A stretch of 64,000 bases of DNA from Selaginella moellendorffii (lineage: Eukaryota > Plantae > Lycopodiophyta). The stretch is from contig NW_003314262.1 of assembly GCF_000143415.4 (NCBI RefSeq), positions 2,964,603 through 3,028,602 of the forward strand. Direction: 5' to 3'. Of the stretch, positions 1-11,570 are shown one piece after another (within the stretch, counting starts at the first letter, position 1; each line of letters opens with the position of its first letter). A model generated the notes under the pieces. It saw only the letters and a list, made by a program, of their open reading frames with translations. It was not told where the DNA came from and made no database searches. The translations under genes were made by a program, and so were the position numbers.

Positions 1-173
1 TTGCTTCGTGTTTGTTCCTTGAGCACTTCGTTAGGAGTTCCACTCCCACTCTCGACCTTTCAAGTTGGAGCTTTTAGTCCAAATGTGTTACGCTTGTTTG
101 GTTTTTGCTTCAGCCACTACCACATGGCACCCTTCCGGCTCCACTTTGGGGCTTAGGGATTTTGTGTCTCACA
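1..173 (-). mobile_element. Terminal part of an LTR of the same family as the 3543-11698 element, opposite orientation, continuing beyond the window
   Basis: Reverse complement reads TGTGAGACACAAAATCCCTAAGCCCCAAAGTGGAGCC..., matching the LTR starts at 3543 and 9239. Confidence 0.85.
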
Positions 174-1239
174 GGTTGAAGTGCATCTTGGCACTTTGGC
201 TGGAGATCCAAAAACTTGAATCTCTTTCGACTTGGAATTTTGCAAATCCCATTGCTGTCCATCTTTGCCCACACCAGAAAGAAGAAAATCTGAGCATGCA
301 ACTATACCGGTGTTGTTGCGAATCACAACCTCTAAAGAAATAGAGCCAAGACAAAGATCAAAATACTGACATAAAAAACTTTCAGAAACAATACTCTGAG
401 AGAATGAAAGAGGTGGGTGATCTCAAAAATGAAGAAGAAACCTCTCCATCCTTCTCAATAGGTTTTGGAGTTCTCTCTCTTTATGCTACTTGTAAAAATC
501 CATATTGAAACATAATTGAAATTTAAATATATCAATAATATGCAAAATGAATTTAAATTCTATAACACATTTAACATGTGCAAGTGTGACAATATTAATA
601 TTACTATCATCTGTCTAATGCATGTATACACATAGATCCAAGGAAGGATTTTTAGCACGTGAAGTTTGATAGTCAATAATGATATCAATAATGACATTCT
701 GCTATAGCGTGTTCGTAGTACAACTCAAGTTTTATCCATAATTGTGAACACTACTCAATGACATTTAAAGCATGTGTCTATTATTTAGGATCTAATACAA
801 CACAAAATAAATTTCTGTATGAGGATTCATCCATTTATAGATGGATATAGTACAACATATTTTAACGTGCTTTATTTATACTCTTTAAAGTTCTTGTAAC
901 TATTCCAAAATATGTACAAAATTTTGATGAGAATGCATCCTTTCTAGATACTTTGTAAAAAATAATATCATATCTCTAATAACAAAAATGTTAATAAATG
1001 CTAGTTATATCATCATTAAAATATACAAAATAAAGAACCATAATTCACATATAATAATAATGATAAGATAAAATAAGATCAAAGATATTGTGATGGGTTG
1101 AGATTTAGGTTATTCGAAATGAATGGCCATGGTTAGGGTTAGGGTAGCTGTGAGATTAGGGTTAGGGTAGCTGCCATACTATTTTCTCATGCTCTCTCTC
1201 TCTCTCACTCTTAATCTCAATTTGTGTTCTGTGCGCTCC

Positions 1240-1400
1240 ACACTCAATCTCTCTATCTCTTACATGCTCAATTCCTCAATCTCTTGTGCACTCAATCACT
1301 CGATCTCTTGTGCGCTCAATCACTCGATCTCCTTTGTGCTCAATCCCTCAATCTCCTTCACACTCAATCCCTTGATCTCTTGCGTGCTCCACTCACTGTG
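1240..1400. repeat. Degenerate 24-bp tandem repeat (ctcaatcactcgatctcttgtgcg-like)
   Basis: About 6-7 imperfect copies; explains the periodic LNHSISCA ORF at 1189-1431. Confidence 0.8.
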
Positions 1401-1499
1401 CAAATCCAGTAGAATCGAGAGATCCCACTAAGGGTGAGTTTCGATTTGATTGCTTCCACTTCCATGTTTTTTCTTCTTGCTTCTGTCACCTTCTGTCAC

Positions 1500-1965
1500 T
1501 GGCCCAAACTTGACCTTGGGCACTTTGGCTGCCCGAGCCAAACTGTCTAAGGTGGCTAGCTCAAAAACGACCTTGGGCACTTTGGCCACTTGAGGGGCTG
1601 AGGTTATTTGAATAACCTCGACCTTTCAGGTGGCTAAAGTGCCTGAGATGGCCTGCCCAAGCTCGATCTTGGGCACTTTGGTGGCCTGAGGCACCAAGAT
1701 TGTTCAAATAACCTTAGCCCCTCGGGCAGCCAAAGTGCCCGAGGTGGCTAGCTTGAGTTCGACATCGGGCACTTTGGCTGCCCTGAGGTTATTCAAATAA
1801 CCTCGGCCCCTGCCAAGAGAGCTGAGGTTATTCAAATAACCTTAGCCCCTCTGGCCCCTAAAGTGCTCGAGGTTGAGTTTGGGCAAGCCACCTTGGGCAC
1901 TTTAGTGGCCCCCCAATATGTCTAGGGGCCTTGGCAGCCAAACTGTCCAAGGTGGAGTTTGGACC
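1500..1965. repeat. GC-rich array of short direct and inverted repeats, resembling DNA-transposon subterminal repeats
   Basis: Recurrent gggcactttggc / gccaaagtgccc in both orientations, and palindromic gaggttattcaaataacctc near 1600, 1785 and 1824. Confidence 0.6.
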
Positions 1966-3772
1966 CATTTAATTTTTTTTTCTCTTTGATTGTTTGAATT
2001 TTTTATTATTTTTATATAGTTTGACTAAAAAAAAATTCTTTTACAGAAAAGGAAAATTCTACCACATAAAAAGGTTATTGGCGCCAAGAAGACATGAGAA
2101 GTTCAATTTGGCACTAACGACGACATTAGGATCCACATGTCCATTGGCACATCAACAAAGACACATTTGCTTAGAAATCCACCACCTCCACCACCTCCAC
2201 CATTGCCACCACCACTACCACTATTGCCACCACCACTGCCACTATTGCCTCCACCCCTGCTGCCACCACCACCACCCCCACCATCACCATTGCCACCTCC
2301 ACCTTTACTGCTCACTAGCCCACCACCAGCACAAATCTCTAAAGTTGGGCAATCTAGTGGTGTTTACGATAGGGAACCTGAGGAACAGCCTGGAGCTGAA
2401 AGAGTTGCAAACCTTCTTGATAACATGGTGGACAAATACTTCCAAAAGATTGTTAAGTGGACAAAGGAAAAAGTAGTTCACCAAATATTTGAAGTGCTCA
2501 AAGCCAAGCCCCTGTGACTTGATCAGAGAAATCCCCTTTTGCCTTTTGCAGTAGACAAATCTTGTCTGCACAACATCCAACTCAGACATATACAACTTGC
2601 TCAAATAGAATAGCCTTGCGACAAATATTGATATGTTTTTAGTCTCTCTTTGCAAGCCAAGAACAACGGAGATCATTACCATCACACCCAAGATTGTGAA
2701 TAGTTAGGATCTTATTTAGAGGAGGAAGTCCCTAGAATTTGATAACATGCTTATCAAACATCCTGAGACTCAACAGCTTGCAAGGATAATGTTCTAAATT
2801 ATTGACGATAACCACTAATATGGGGCTTGGATGAAGTGTATTGACAATCATTTTCACAATGATCCCATCTACTATATCAATGTTCTAATTGGCCATGTAT
2901 ACACGAGGGGACTTTTAGATGTCAACAGACTTATCTTGGCCTGCCAAAATATCAATATGTAAGTTTTATAATTATACCTCCAACTCCACTTTAACTTATT
3001 TTATCGTGTTTAAATGCAGGCTTGGGCAGTTCGTTGTTTAAAAGCAAAACCTTGTCTATGACATTGAGCAACTTCGATTTTTTGCAAACTTGAGTGAGGA
3101 TGACATACACCAACATCATAGTGATGATGTCAGAACACTTGTTTGGCACTCACGCACTCAAAATGACAGTACAATTTGGTTCAACAACCCAATCAATTTT
3201 ATGCTTGCTGTGTGGTGCAAGATATGTCTTTCCCTTTCATTTTATAAGGGCCTCTTTTTATTATTTTTGTTTTTAGCCTTTGGTGAAGGTTAAGCAAGAT
3301 GCTTACGAACTTGCATATCTGGAGAAAAGTCTGAAAGAGCTCTTGGTTGAGTTCGTACAAATTAAGCACAAAATTCAGTATGCAAAGTCTTCAAAATTGA
3401 AGAAACTAGTATGCATTGTAGACACTTGTATGCTAAAGGAGTGGCTAGAGACTATAGCCAAAATTTCTTCTCATGAATGTAAGTTTTTTATCACACTTCA
3501 TTTTTCTCAATTATGCATATGTTACTTTTGTAGTGAATAAAATGTGAGACACAAAATCCCTAGGCCCCAAAGTGGAGCCAGAAGGGTGCCATATGGTAGT
3601 GGCTGAAGTGAAAACCGAACGAGCGTAACACGTTTAGACTAAAAGCTCCGACTTGAAAGGTTGAGAGCAGAAGAGGAACTCCCAACGAAGTGCTCAAGGA
3701 ATAAGCACGAAGCAAGCAATAAGTGAGTCTCTAGAAAAGGGACACAAGAGGACCAACACATGACACGTGGCA

Positions 3773-4222
3773 GAGTCCGAGATGGACCCGAGAAGGACCC
3801 AAGATGGAGTCCAAGATGGATCCGAGATGGAGTCTAAGATGGAGACTGAGATGGACCGAGATGGAGTCTGAGATGGACCCGAGATGGAGTCTGAGATGGA
3901 CCCGAGATGGAGTCCGAGATGGACCCAAGATGGAGTCCGAGATGGAGTCTGAGATGGACCGAGATGAAGTCCGAGATGGAGTCCGAAATGGACCCGAGAT
4001 GGAATCCGAGATGGAGTCTGAGAAGGATCCGAGATGGAGTCCGAGGTTGAGACCGAGACCAGGACCGAGACCGAGACCGAGACCGAGACCAAGACCAAGA
4101 CCGAGACCGAGACCGAGACTGAGACCGAGACCGGGACTGGGACCGAAACTGACGCCGAGGCCGAGACCGAGCCCAAGCCCAAGTCCAAGTCCGAGTCTAA
4201 GTCCGAGTCCAAGTTCGAGTCT
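3773..4222. repeat. LTR-internal minisatellite (gagatggagtcc/gagatggaccc, then gagacc/gagccc hexamers); second copy about 9470-9922
   Basis: Visible tandem 11-12-mer and 6-mer units; source of the spurious ETET/PRPR/GLGL ORFs. Confidence 0.9.
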
Positions 4223-7200
4223 AAGAGGGTGAAAGCCCAAAGCGTTCATCTCCCAGACCTTAGGGGGTTTGGTGAGCTCCAAAAGTATAGTAAGGGGGAG
4301 GATTGTAGTGGAGCCAGTTTGGCCCAAGAATGCTGTACCCAGTGTTGGGTGATGAGTTACCCATTGGGAAGTCCAAGACTAGAGTGAATACGGACCAACA
4401 AGCGGGGTAGCTTGGTGAAGTGTTCAAGAGTCGGCTCTAGTTCCCCCGGGAGATCGATTGGCTAATGCTCTCAGTCCAAGTGTGGGTGGCACTACCTACT
4501 TGGATACCAGGCATGGCTCAACAGAACCTCGCTCTAAGCCCATGGCTAGAGCACCCAAAGGCGGAAGGCGGGGAGAGTACCCAGGAGGCCTGTGTAGGGC
4601 CACGGTGTTCCGAAATGTTGTCCCAAAGTCTTAGACTGTGGAAAGGAAGAGGAGTAGCCCTCTGGTGCGGTGGCCAAGGGCATAATCACATGGTGAGGAA
4701 GTCCCAGAGGACCATGGGACTTAGTGGTCGAGCCTGTGTGCCTTGATCCAATGGCAGTGTTGGCAAGCACGGCCATGGACAGAAAGGGACTTGGTGAGGA
4801 CCGAAAAGGGGATATTGGGGAAGGTTATTCCCCATGTCTGCAGGCATCCTAAGGATGCTAAGGAGTGGATCTGGGAGGACCACTCATGGATGGAAGGCCC
4901 AGTCTTGGAGAGATGGGGTTGCAATGCAGGTGGTGTTGGACCACCGATGTGACCAAGATGAATGAGCATGGCCTAATGTAATAGGTTGGTATGTTGGTGG
5001 TACCTTGGGTGTCGGTCATGGGATCGGACACGTGGAGCACTTGGACCAAGTGCAAAGGTTAAGTGGCGGGGAGGCCATTCTCGGGGCTAGCAAGCCCAAG
5101 TTCGAAATAGGACTTATGGAGGTTGTGAGTGAGACTCCTCCAAGTGGTCGGAGGTGTGGTTAAGTGACTAAAGTAGAATGGAAAATTAGTCGCTTAGAAC
5201 TTGGTATCGGAGTTGTTCTTTAGTCCGACTCTTATTGGTGGCCAAGTATATCACCACTTGTATTGGAATTGGAAGGTCCTAGATCCATATCCTCAAGGAG
5301 TAGCATGTCGAGAGGACATGGCTCTCCACTCAAGTTCATGTGTGAACTTGTGCACGATGTGGTGGATGGAAAAGGGCCAGTAAAGGAACGACTTTGGGAT
5401 CTTGGGAATAGTATAAGGGTTTCCTTAGAGAGCTGAGGATGTGATCTAGATGAGTGTTTGACATAGAAAACGAGCTAATGTAGTTGTGGTAAACAACTAT
5501 AGTTGGGATCACGGGAAAGATGCAGACTCCAAAATAATAAAGGAGTCACAAGATTACCCTCATATAGTTGAGGCTGGTGCTTATAACTTTGAGACCGGAA
5601 TTGATGACCATGGGAGGTCAAATACAAAAGAGGACACAAGCCTTTGAAATGGTAGCCGAGGCTACCTCTAATAAATGCTGGAACAACCCAAGGAGTTGGG
5701 GATGTACTTAGAGGATGGGTTGGTATTCTCATTACATGGATAAGTGGTCATAAGGGGCAAAAGGTTGCCCCAAGAGAACAAATCAAGTGTTGAAGTAACA
5801 TTTGCAAAGATGGTCCCTATGAGTAGGACTTGAATACAAGAAGTTATATTTCAATGAGTTGGCACCTCAAAGGTAAGACCTCACGGGTTGTCAGATGCCA
5901 AAGTCCAAGAAGCTAGATGACTCAAATAGAGTCAAAGAATAATCCTAAAGGATTGATGGAAGCATTTGGACTGAGGTGTGTTGTACCCCACGAAGGATGG
6001 CGAGGGGGGGGGGGGGGGGGGGGATCATAGGATCCAAGCATGAAAACAAAAGGGTATCTCATCAATGGTAGAATATGCCATGCTAAAGTTGTGGAAAAAG
6101 TTTTCCCCAAAAAGAAAGCAACTTTAGTATAGAGTTGTGTGTGAACACGATGGTGCAGTGCTAGCTGATAGTTGGCATGAAAAACGACTGCTTTAGTCTT
6201 AGCAAAGACCTTGACACAAGTGGGGAGTGTCGTAAAGATAGTCTTGTAAAGCCGAAGGTGTGGAGACACTGAATGTGCCAAGGCATGTTGCCTTGAGGTC
6301 AAGTTGGTGGGTTTATGAGAACCCCTTCCCAAAGGAATCCTAATGGAAATGGGAATGGTATGGCCTAAACTGGAAAGCATGCAGTTAGAGTGTGGTGACC
6401 CAAATAATGATGGAGGTGTGGAAGCACCAAGCAATGAGTTGTAGGACTTGACAACTATGAAGCAATTAAGCAAAAGGTGTAAAATAATTGGTTAAACTAG
6501 TAGAAGGTAGCTACCTAGGACTTCTTATTGGGATAAGGAAGTTAGATATACCCTTATGGGGGAGAAGCTGCTTATGTTGTGATATAGTAAGTCAATGTCG
6601 TAAAGGGAATGCTCATTGTCAAAGAAGACCATCATTGGGATACCCAAACACTTTAAAACACTAGGAAGTGGTGTTTGATGTCGCAAGGGCATTAGATAAG
6701 GCCCAAGGGACTAAGNNNNNNNNNNNNNNNNNNNNNNNNNNNNNNNNNNNNNNNNNNNNNNNNNNNNNNNNNNNNNNNNNNNNNNNNNNNNNNNNNNNNN
6801 NNNNNNNNNNNNNNNGGACAAAGCCAAAAATGAGATTTTGGCAAGGCTTATGATGGGCATATAGAGGCCCATAAGTAGCAACGGTAATCCTGGTGTGTGG
6901 GATTATAAGGTGAGCATGCCCAAATTGAGGAACCACTCCCTAAGCTATCAGGTAGGTTCATCCCTATGAATATTTGCTAAAGCATGGTAGAATGTGCAAA
7001 GTTATCTGCCTAGTTTGGAGGAGAATAACTAAAGGAAACATATGAGGCAAAATGCAAATAGAATTGAGATGGAACTGAACCATAGAAATCGAAGGGCATA
7101 ACCAACAGTGGTTATGCAAGTTGGGAGTGGAGAATCAAGTGGGTGATCAAGGATGTTGTTACTAGCAATCGCAATGCCATAGAGAGTCTAAAATGTGGAA

Positions 7201-10200
7201 TCATCCATGTTAGACCATATGGTGAGTAGGGAGCTTGCAAAGGAGAAGCCTTAGCAAGCTAAGGAATAAAGTTTCTTGAAGGTTCCCAAAGACAATTCTA
7301 GGTAGGTAAATACTTAAAAAGCCAAGCGTAAATGGTTCCTAAAGCGTGTGAAATCAAAGTGGCACAGCAGAAGCGTGGTCTTGAAGCTGGCTATGAGGCA
7401 ATGCTATCAAGGTTGGGGAAGTAGTTCTTGAGTGTTCAAAGAGAGGGCTTTGAACGAAAGTTGATGGTTAAAAACTTTCATGCTTATGCATGAACCATAT
7501 TACGGTGGCCGGATCACTTGCTAGGTGAGATTGGCAAGTCAAGGGTACAAATCCCCTAGTTGAAGGTGCTAACTTCAAAAGGGGTGGCCCATAGAGCATG
7601 GAGGAGTCCATGCATGATCACAGACTTGTCAAGTGAGAGGACTTGGCAATGCAGAGGAACTAGGTTCCTAAGCTGTTATCTATAGCATGCTTTAACTATA
7701 AGTTAGTGCACCGGCCTGGGAAGTCACGCTAGGCATCTTAGATGATGTCTTCCGTAGATGCATATATCAAGGTTGGGTTCGAGTCCCAACCCTCTAGTGC
7801 TTGGGTTTGAGTCCCAAATCACTATGGCATGGTGATGGTTTAGAATATGAAGACACTCATTTTTCGGTGGTCATGGACTCTCAGTGAGGAGACTAATTTG
7901 GGCACACCGCCAAGCGAGGGATGCCTCGGAGTTGTGATGCACGGTTAGATTGCTTAGTGTGGCTCGGCATATCTAACTTGAACACCTTGGTGCGAGTGGC
8001 ACCAAGGGCGTGGTGAATAAGATGGGGACACTTAGTCTTAGTTGCTATGGACCCTTGGCCGTAACGGCTGGCTTGGGTGCACCGCCAAATGTGGGGGATG
8101 CCCCCGAGGTCATGGTTAACAACTTGAAGGTCTAGAAGACCAAATACCTCTTGACAATTCTATTAAGGTGCCAAGGTGAGATCACTAGGTGATCTTGTGA
8201 CTAAATAAGGACAAGGTCCTTGGTTGGCTAAGGAATGAAGTTCCTGGTTCAAAGTGTTGATTTGAACTGTTTATGATGGTGGCGCTTGGAGCATATAAGG
8301 GAAATAAGCTATGTCCGAGGAAAGTAGTCTCTATAAAAAACCCATGGGAGGGTCACTAAATTGGCCTATGAATAAAGCCATAGCAGAAAATGATAAAAAG
8401 ACATACTAGGGGTAAACACCCTCTAGACTTAGCAAAGCAAAGTCTTTGCTATGGAACTGAAAGGATACTCAAAAATGGAGGTAGCGATCCGATGTTGCTG
8501 GGTGCAACAATCAAGGATAGGAGCAAAAGACTAATGGCTAAAAAAAGAGCCATGGGAATCATGGGAAAGAATCCAAAAGGCAAAGTGAGGCCAAAAACAC
8601 TACTGTGTTGGGGGCTAACAAATTGTGGAAAGGCAAGGTGTTCCCAAGGATGGATTCCCAATTGCTCCTATTTGGCGAAAGTGGAAGCTCCAAGGGAGGG
8701 AGTGGTAAGGTAGCCAAATGATAGGGCTATGGACAGCCCTAGCACAAATTATGATAACTGAAACTTAGTGCCCAAGGAGGCACGAAATAGAAGAGAGGAT
8801 GATGGTGCCCTCAAGTAAAGAATTTCCTAGGATAAGGAAGTGGACTTGCACAGTATGTGCAATGCAATGCGTCGGAGACACCTAGGAAATTGACTTCAAG
8901 AAGTCAAAAGTAAACGTTCCAAAGTGCAAAGGTTATGTCGATGGAAACTGAGACTACTCGAGAAATTGGGATTGAGATATAGACGATGTCTCTAACAAGT
9001 TTAGCGAGAACTAAACCAATAAAAGGAGAGAACCACTACAAGTGGTCCAATCAATCTCTAAGTTGGAGAGACTATCCTCCTTAGAGGTTGGGTAAGGCAT
9101 GGTGAGCCTTCGGTGTCAAACCATTGATGAATATTGGCAAGGTGCCAAGAATGGAAAGTGTAATACATATTGGTATTACTTTATAAAATAGTTTATCGTT
9201 CGATGAGGACATCGAACTTCGTCTATGGGTGGTGGAGTTGTGAGACACAAAATCCCTAAGCCCCAAAGTGGAGCCAGAAGGGTGCCATGTGGTAGTGGCT
9301 GAAGTGAAAACCAAACGAGCATAACACGTTTGGACTAAAAGCTCCGACTTCAAAGGTCGAGAGCGGGAGAGGAACTCCCAACAAAGTGCTCAAGGAACAA
9401 GCACGAAGCAAGCAATAAGTGAGTCTCTAAAAAAGGGACACAAGAGGACCAACACATGACACGTGGCAGAATCCGAGATGGAGTCCGAGATGGACCCAAG
9501 AAGGACCTGAGATGGAGTCCAAGATGGACCTGAGATGGAGTCTGAGATGGACCGAGATGGAGTTCGAGATGGACTCGAGATGGAGCCCGAGATGGACCCG
9601 AGATGGAGTCCGAGATGGACCGAAATAGAGTTCAAGATGGACTCGAGATGGAGTCCGAGATGGACCCGAAATGGAGTCCGAGATGGACCCAAGATGGAGT
9701 CTGAGATGGAGTCTGAGATGGACCGAGACAGAATCCGAGATGGAGTCCGAGATGGACCCGAGATGGAGTCCGAGGTCAAGACCGAGACCGGGACCGAGAC
9801 CGAGACCGAGACCGAGACTGATGTCGAGGCCGAGGCCGAGACCAACGCCGAAGCCGAGACCGAGCCCGAGCCCGAGCCCGAGCCCGAGTCCGAGTCAGAG
9901 TCCGAGTCCAAGTTCGAGTCTGAGAGGGTGAAATCCCAAAGCGTTGGTCTCCCAGACCTTGGGGGGTTTGGTGAGCTCCAAAAGTATAGTAAAGGGGAGG
10001 ACTACAGTGGAGCCAATTTGGCCAGGAAAGGCCAATTTGGCCCAGGAAGGCTGTACCCAGTGTTGGGTGATGAGCTGCCCACTGGGAAGTCCAAGACTAG
10101 AGTGAACACAAATCGACAAGTGGGGTAGCTTGGTGAAGTGTTCAAGAGCCGGCTCTAGTTCCCCCGGGAGATCGACTGGCCGATGCTCCCAGTCCAAGTG

Positions 10201-10793
10201 TGGGTGGCACTACCTACTTGGATACCAGGCATGGCTCAACGGAACCTCTCTCTAAGCCCATGGCTAGAGCACCCAAAGGCGGAAGGCGGGGAGAGTACCC
10301 AGGAGGCCCATGTAGGGCCACAGTGTTCCGAAATGTTGTCCTAAAGTCTCAGACTGTGGAAAGGAAGAGGAGTAATCCTTTGGTGCAGTGACCAAGGGCA
10401 TAGTCACATGGTGAGGAAGTCCCAGAGGACCATGGGACTTAGTGGTTGGGCCTGTGGGCCTTGATCCAGTGGCAGTGTTGGCGAGCATGGCCATGGACAG
10501 AAAGGGACTTAATGAGGATCGGAAAGGGATATTGGGGAAGGTTATTCCCCATATCTGCGGGCATCCTAAGGATGCTAAGGAGTGGATCTGGGATGACCAC
10601 TCATGGACGGAAGGCCCAGTCTTGGAGAGATGGGGTTGCAATACAGGTGGTGTTGGACCACCGATGTGACCAAGGTGAACGGGCATAGCCTAATGTAATG
10701 GGCTGGTATGTTGGTGGTACCTTGGGTGTCAGTCATGGGATCGAACACATGGAGCACTTAGACCAAGTGCAAAGGTTGAGTGGCGGGGAGGCA

Positions 10794-11570
10794 TGTAAGC
10801 AACCAAAGGGAACGACTTGAGAGACGATCCATGGGGTTCAAATATAGAGGGAAAGGGCCCATAAACAAGAGTGCACCCCTTTTTCCAATTGGTTAAGGGT
10901 CTTAGGATACTTGGGTTAAGCGTCTTTGGGTTTGAATAGTACTGGGTTGGGTGACCTCCCGGGAAGTCCAAACTCAGGAGCTTACATTTGGTATCAGAGG
11001 GGTCTCAGGTTCAACTCTATTGGTTGGGTAAGGGAATCACATCACATGTTGATTGACATCTAGCTAGTCCAGTTTGCTCCCATTGGGCTCGACTCGAGGG
11101 GTAAGGTGTCAAGAGAGCAGGGCTCTTGGGAGAGCTGCGGCTCTCAGTTTCCGTTCACGAGGGCGTGAACTTATAGGGAAGCGTGGTGGATTGTAAGCAA
11201 CCAAAGGGAACGACTTGAGAGACGATCCATGGGGTTCAAATATAGAGGAAAAGTGCCCATGAATAAGAGTGCACCCCCTTTTCCAATTGGTTAAGGGTCT
11301 TGGGATACTTGGGGTTAAGCATCTTTGGGTTTGAATAGTACTGGGTTGGGTGAACTTGTAGGGAAGCCTAGTGGATTGTAAGCAACCAAAGGGAATGACT
11401 TGAGAGACGATCCATAGGGTTCAAATATTGAGGGAAAGTGCCCATGAACAAGAGTGCACCCCTTTTTCCAATCAGTTAAGGGTCTTGGGATACTTGGGGT
11501 TAAGCGTCCTTAGGTTTGAATAGTACTGGGCTAAATGACCTCCTAGGAAATCCAAACTCAGGAGCTTACA
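10794..11570 (+). mobile_element. Cassandra-type TRIM with 5S rRNA-derived LTR segment; partial tandem with LTRs 10794-10986, 11192-~11353 (truncated) and 11377-11570
   Basis: About 193-bp TG...CA LTRs, PBS tggtatcagag at 10989, about 205-bp internal domain, TSD aggca/aggcc. LTR segment 10915-10969 (gttaagcgtctttggg...tagtactgggttgggtgacctcccgggaagtcc) matches the A-box to C-box part of plant 5S rRNA. Confidence 0.85.

Noticed and set aside
1131-1170. Interstitial telomere
   Set aside because: Only two short TTAGGG doublets inside a local duplication; too short to call.
1994-2476. His/Cys-rich ORF and antisense Gly-rich ORF
   Set aside because: Alternative frames of the CCA-rich poly-Pro tract.
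3694-4387. ETET/PRPR/GLGL low-complexity ORFs (also 9390-10197, 52412-52688, 54023-54338, 60387-60726)
   Set aside because: By-products of LTR minisatellites, open in several frames on both strands.
10915-10969. Functional 5S rRNA gene
   Set aside because: Only an internal segment of about 55 nt, embedded in TRIM LTRs.
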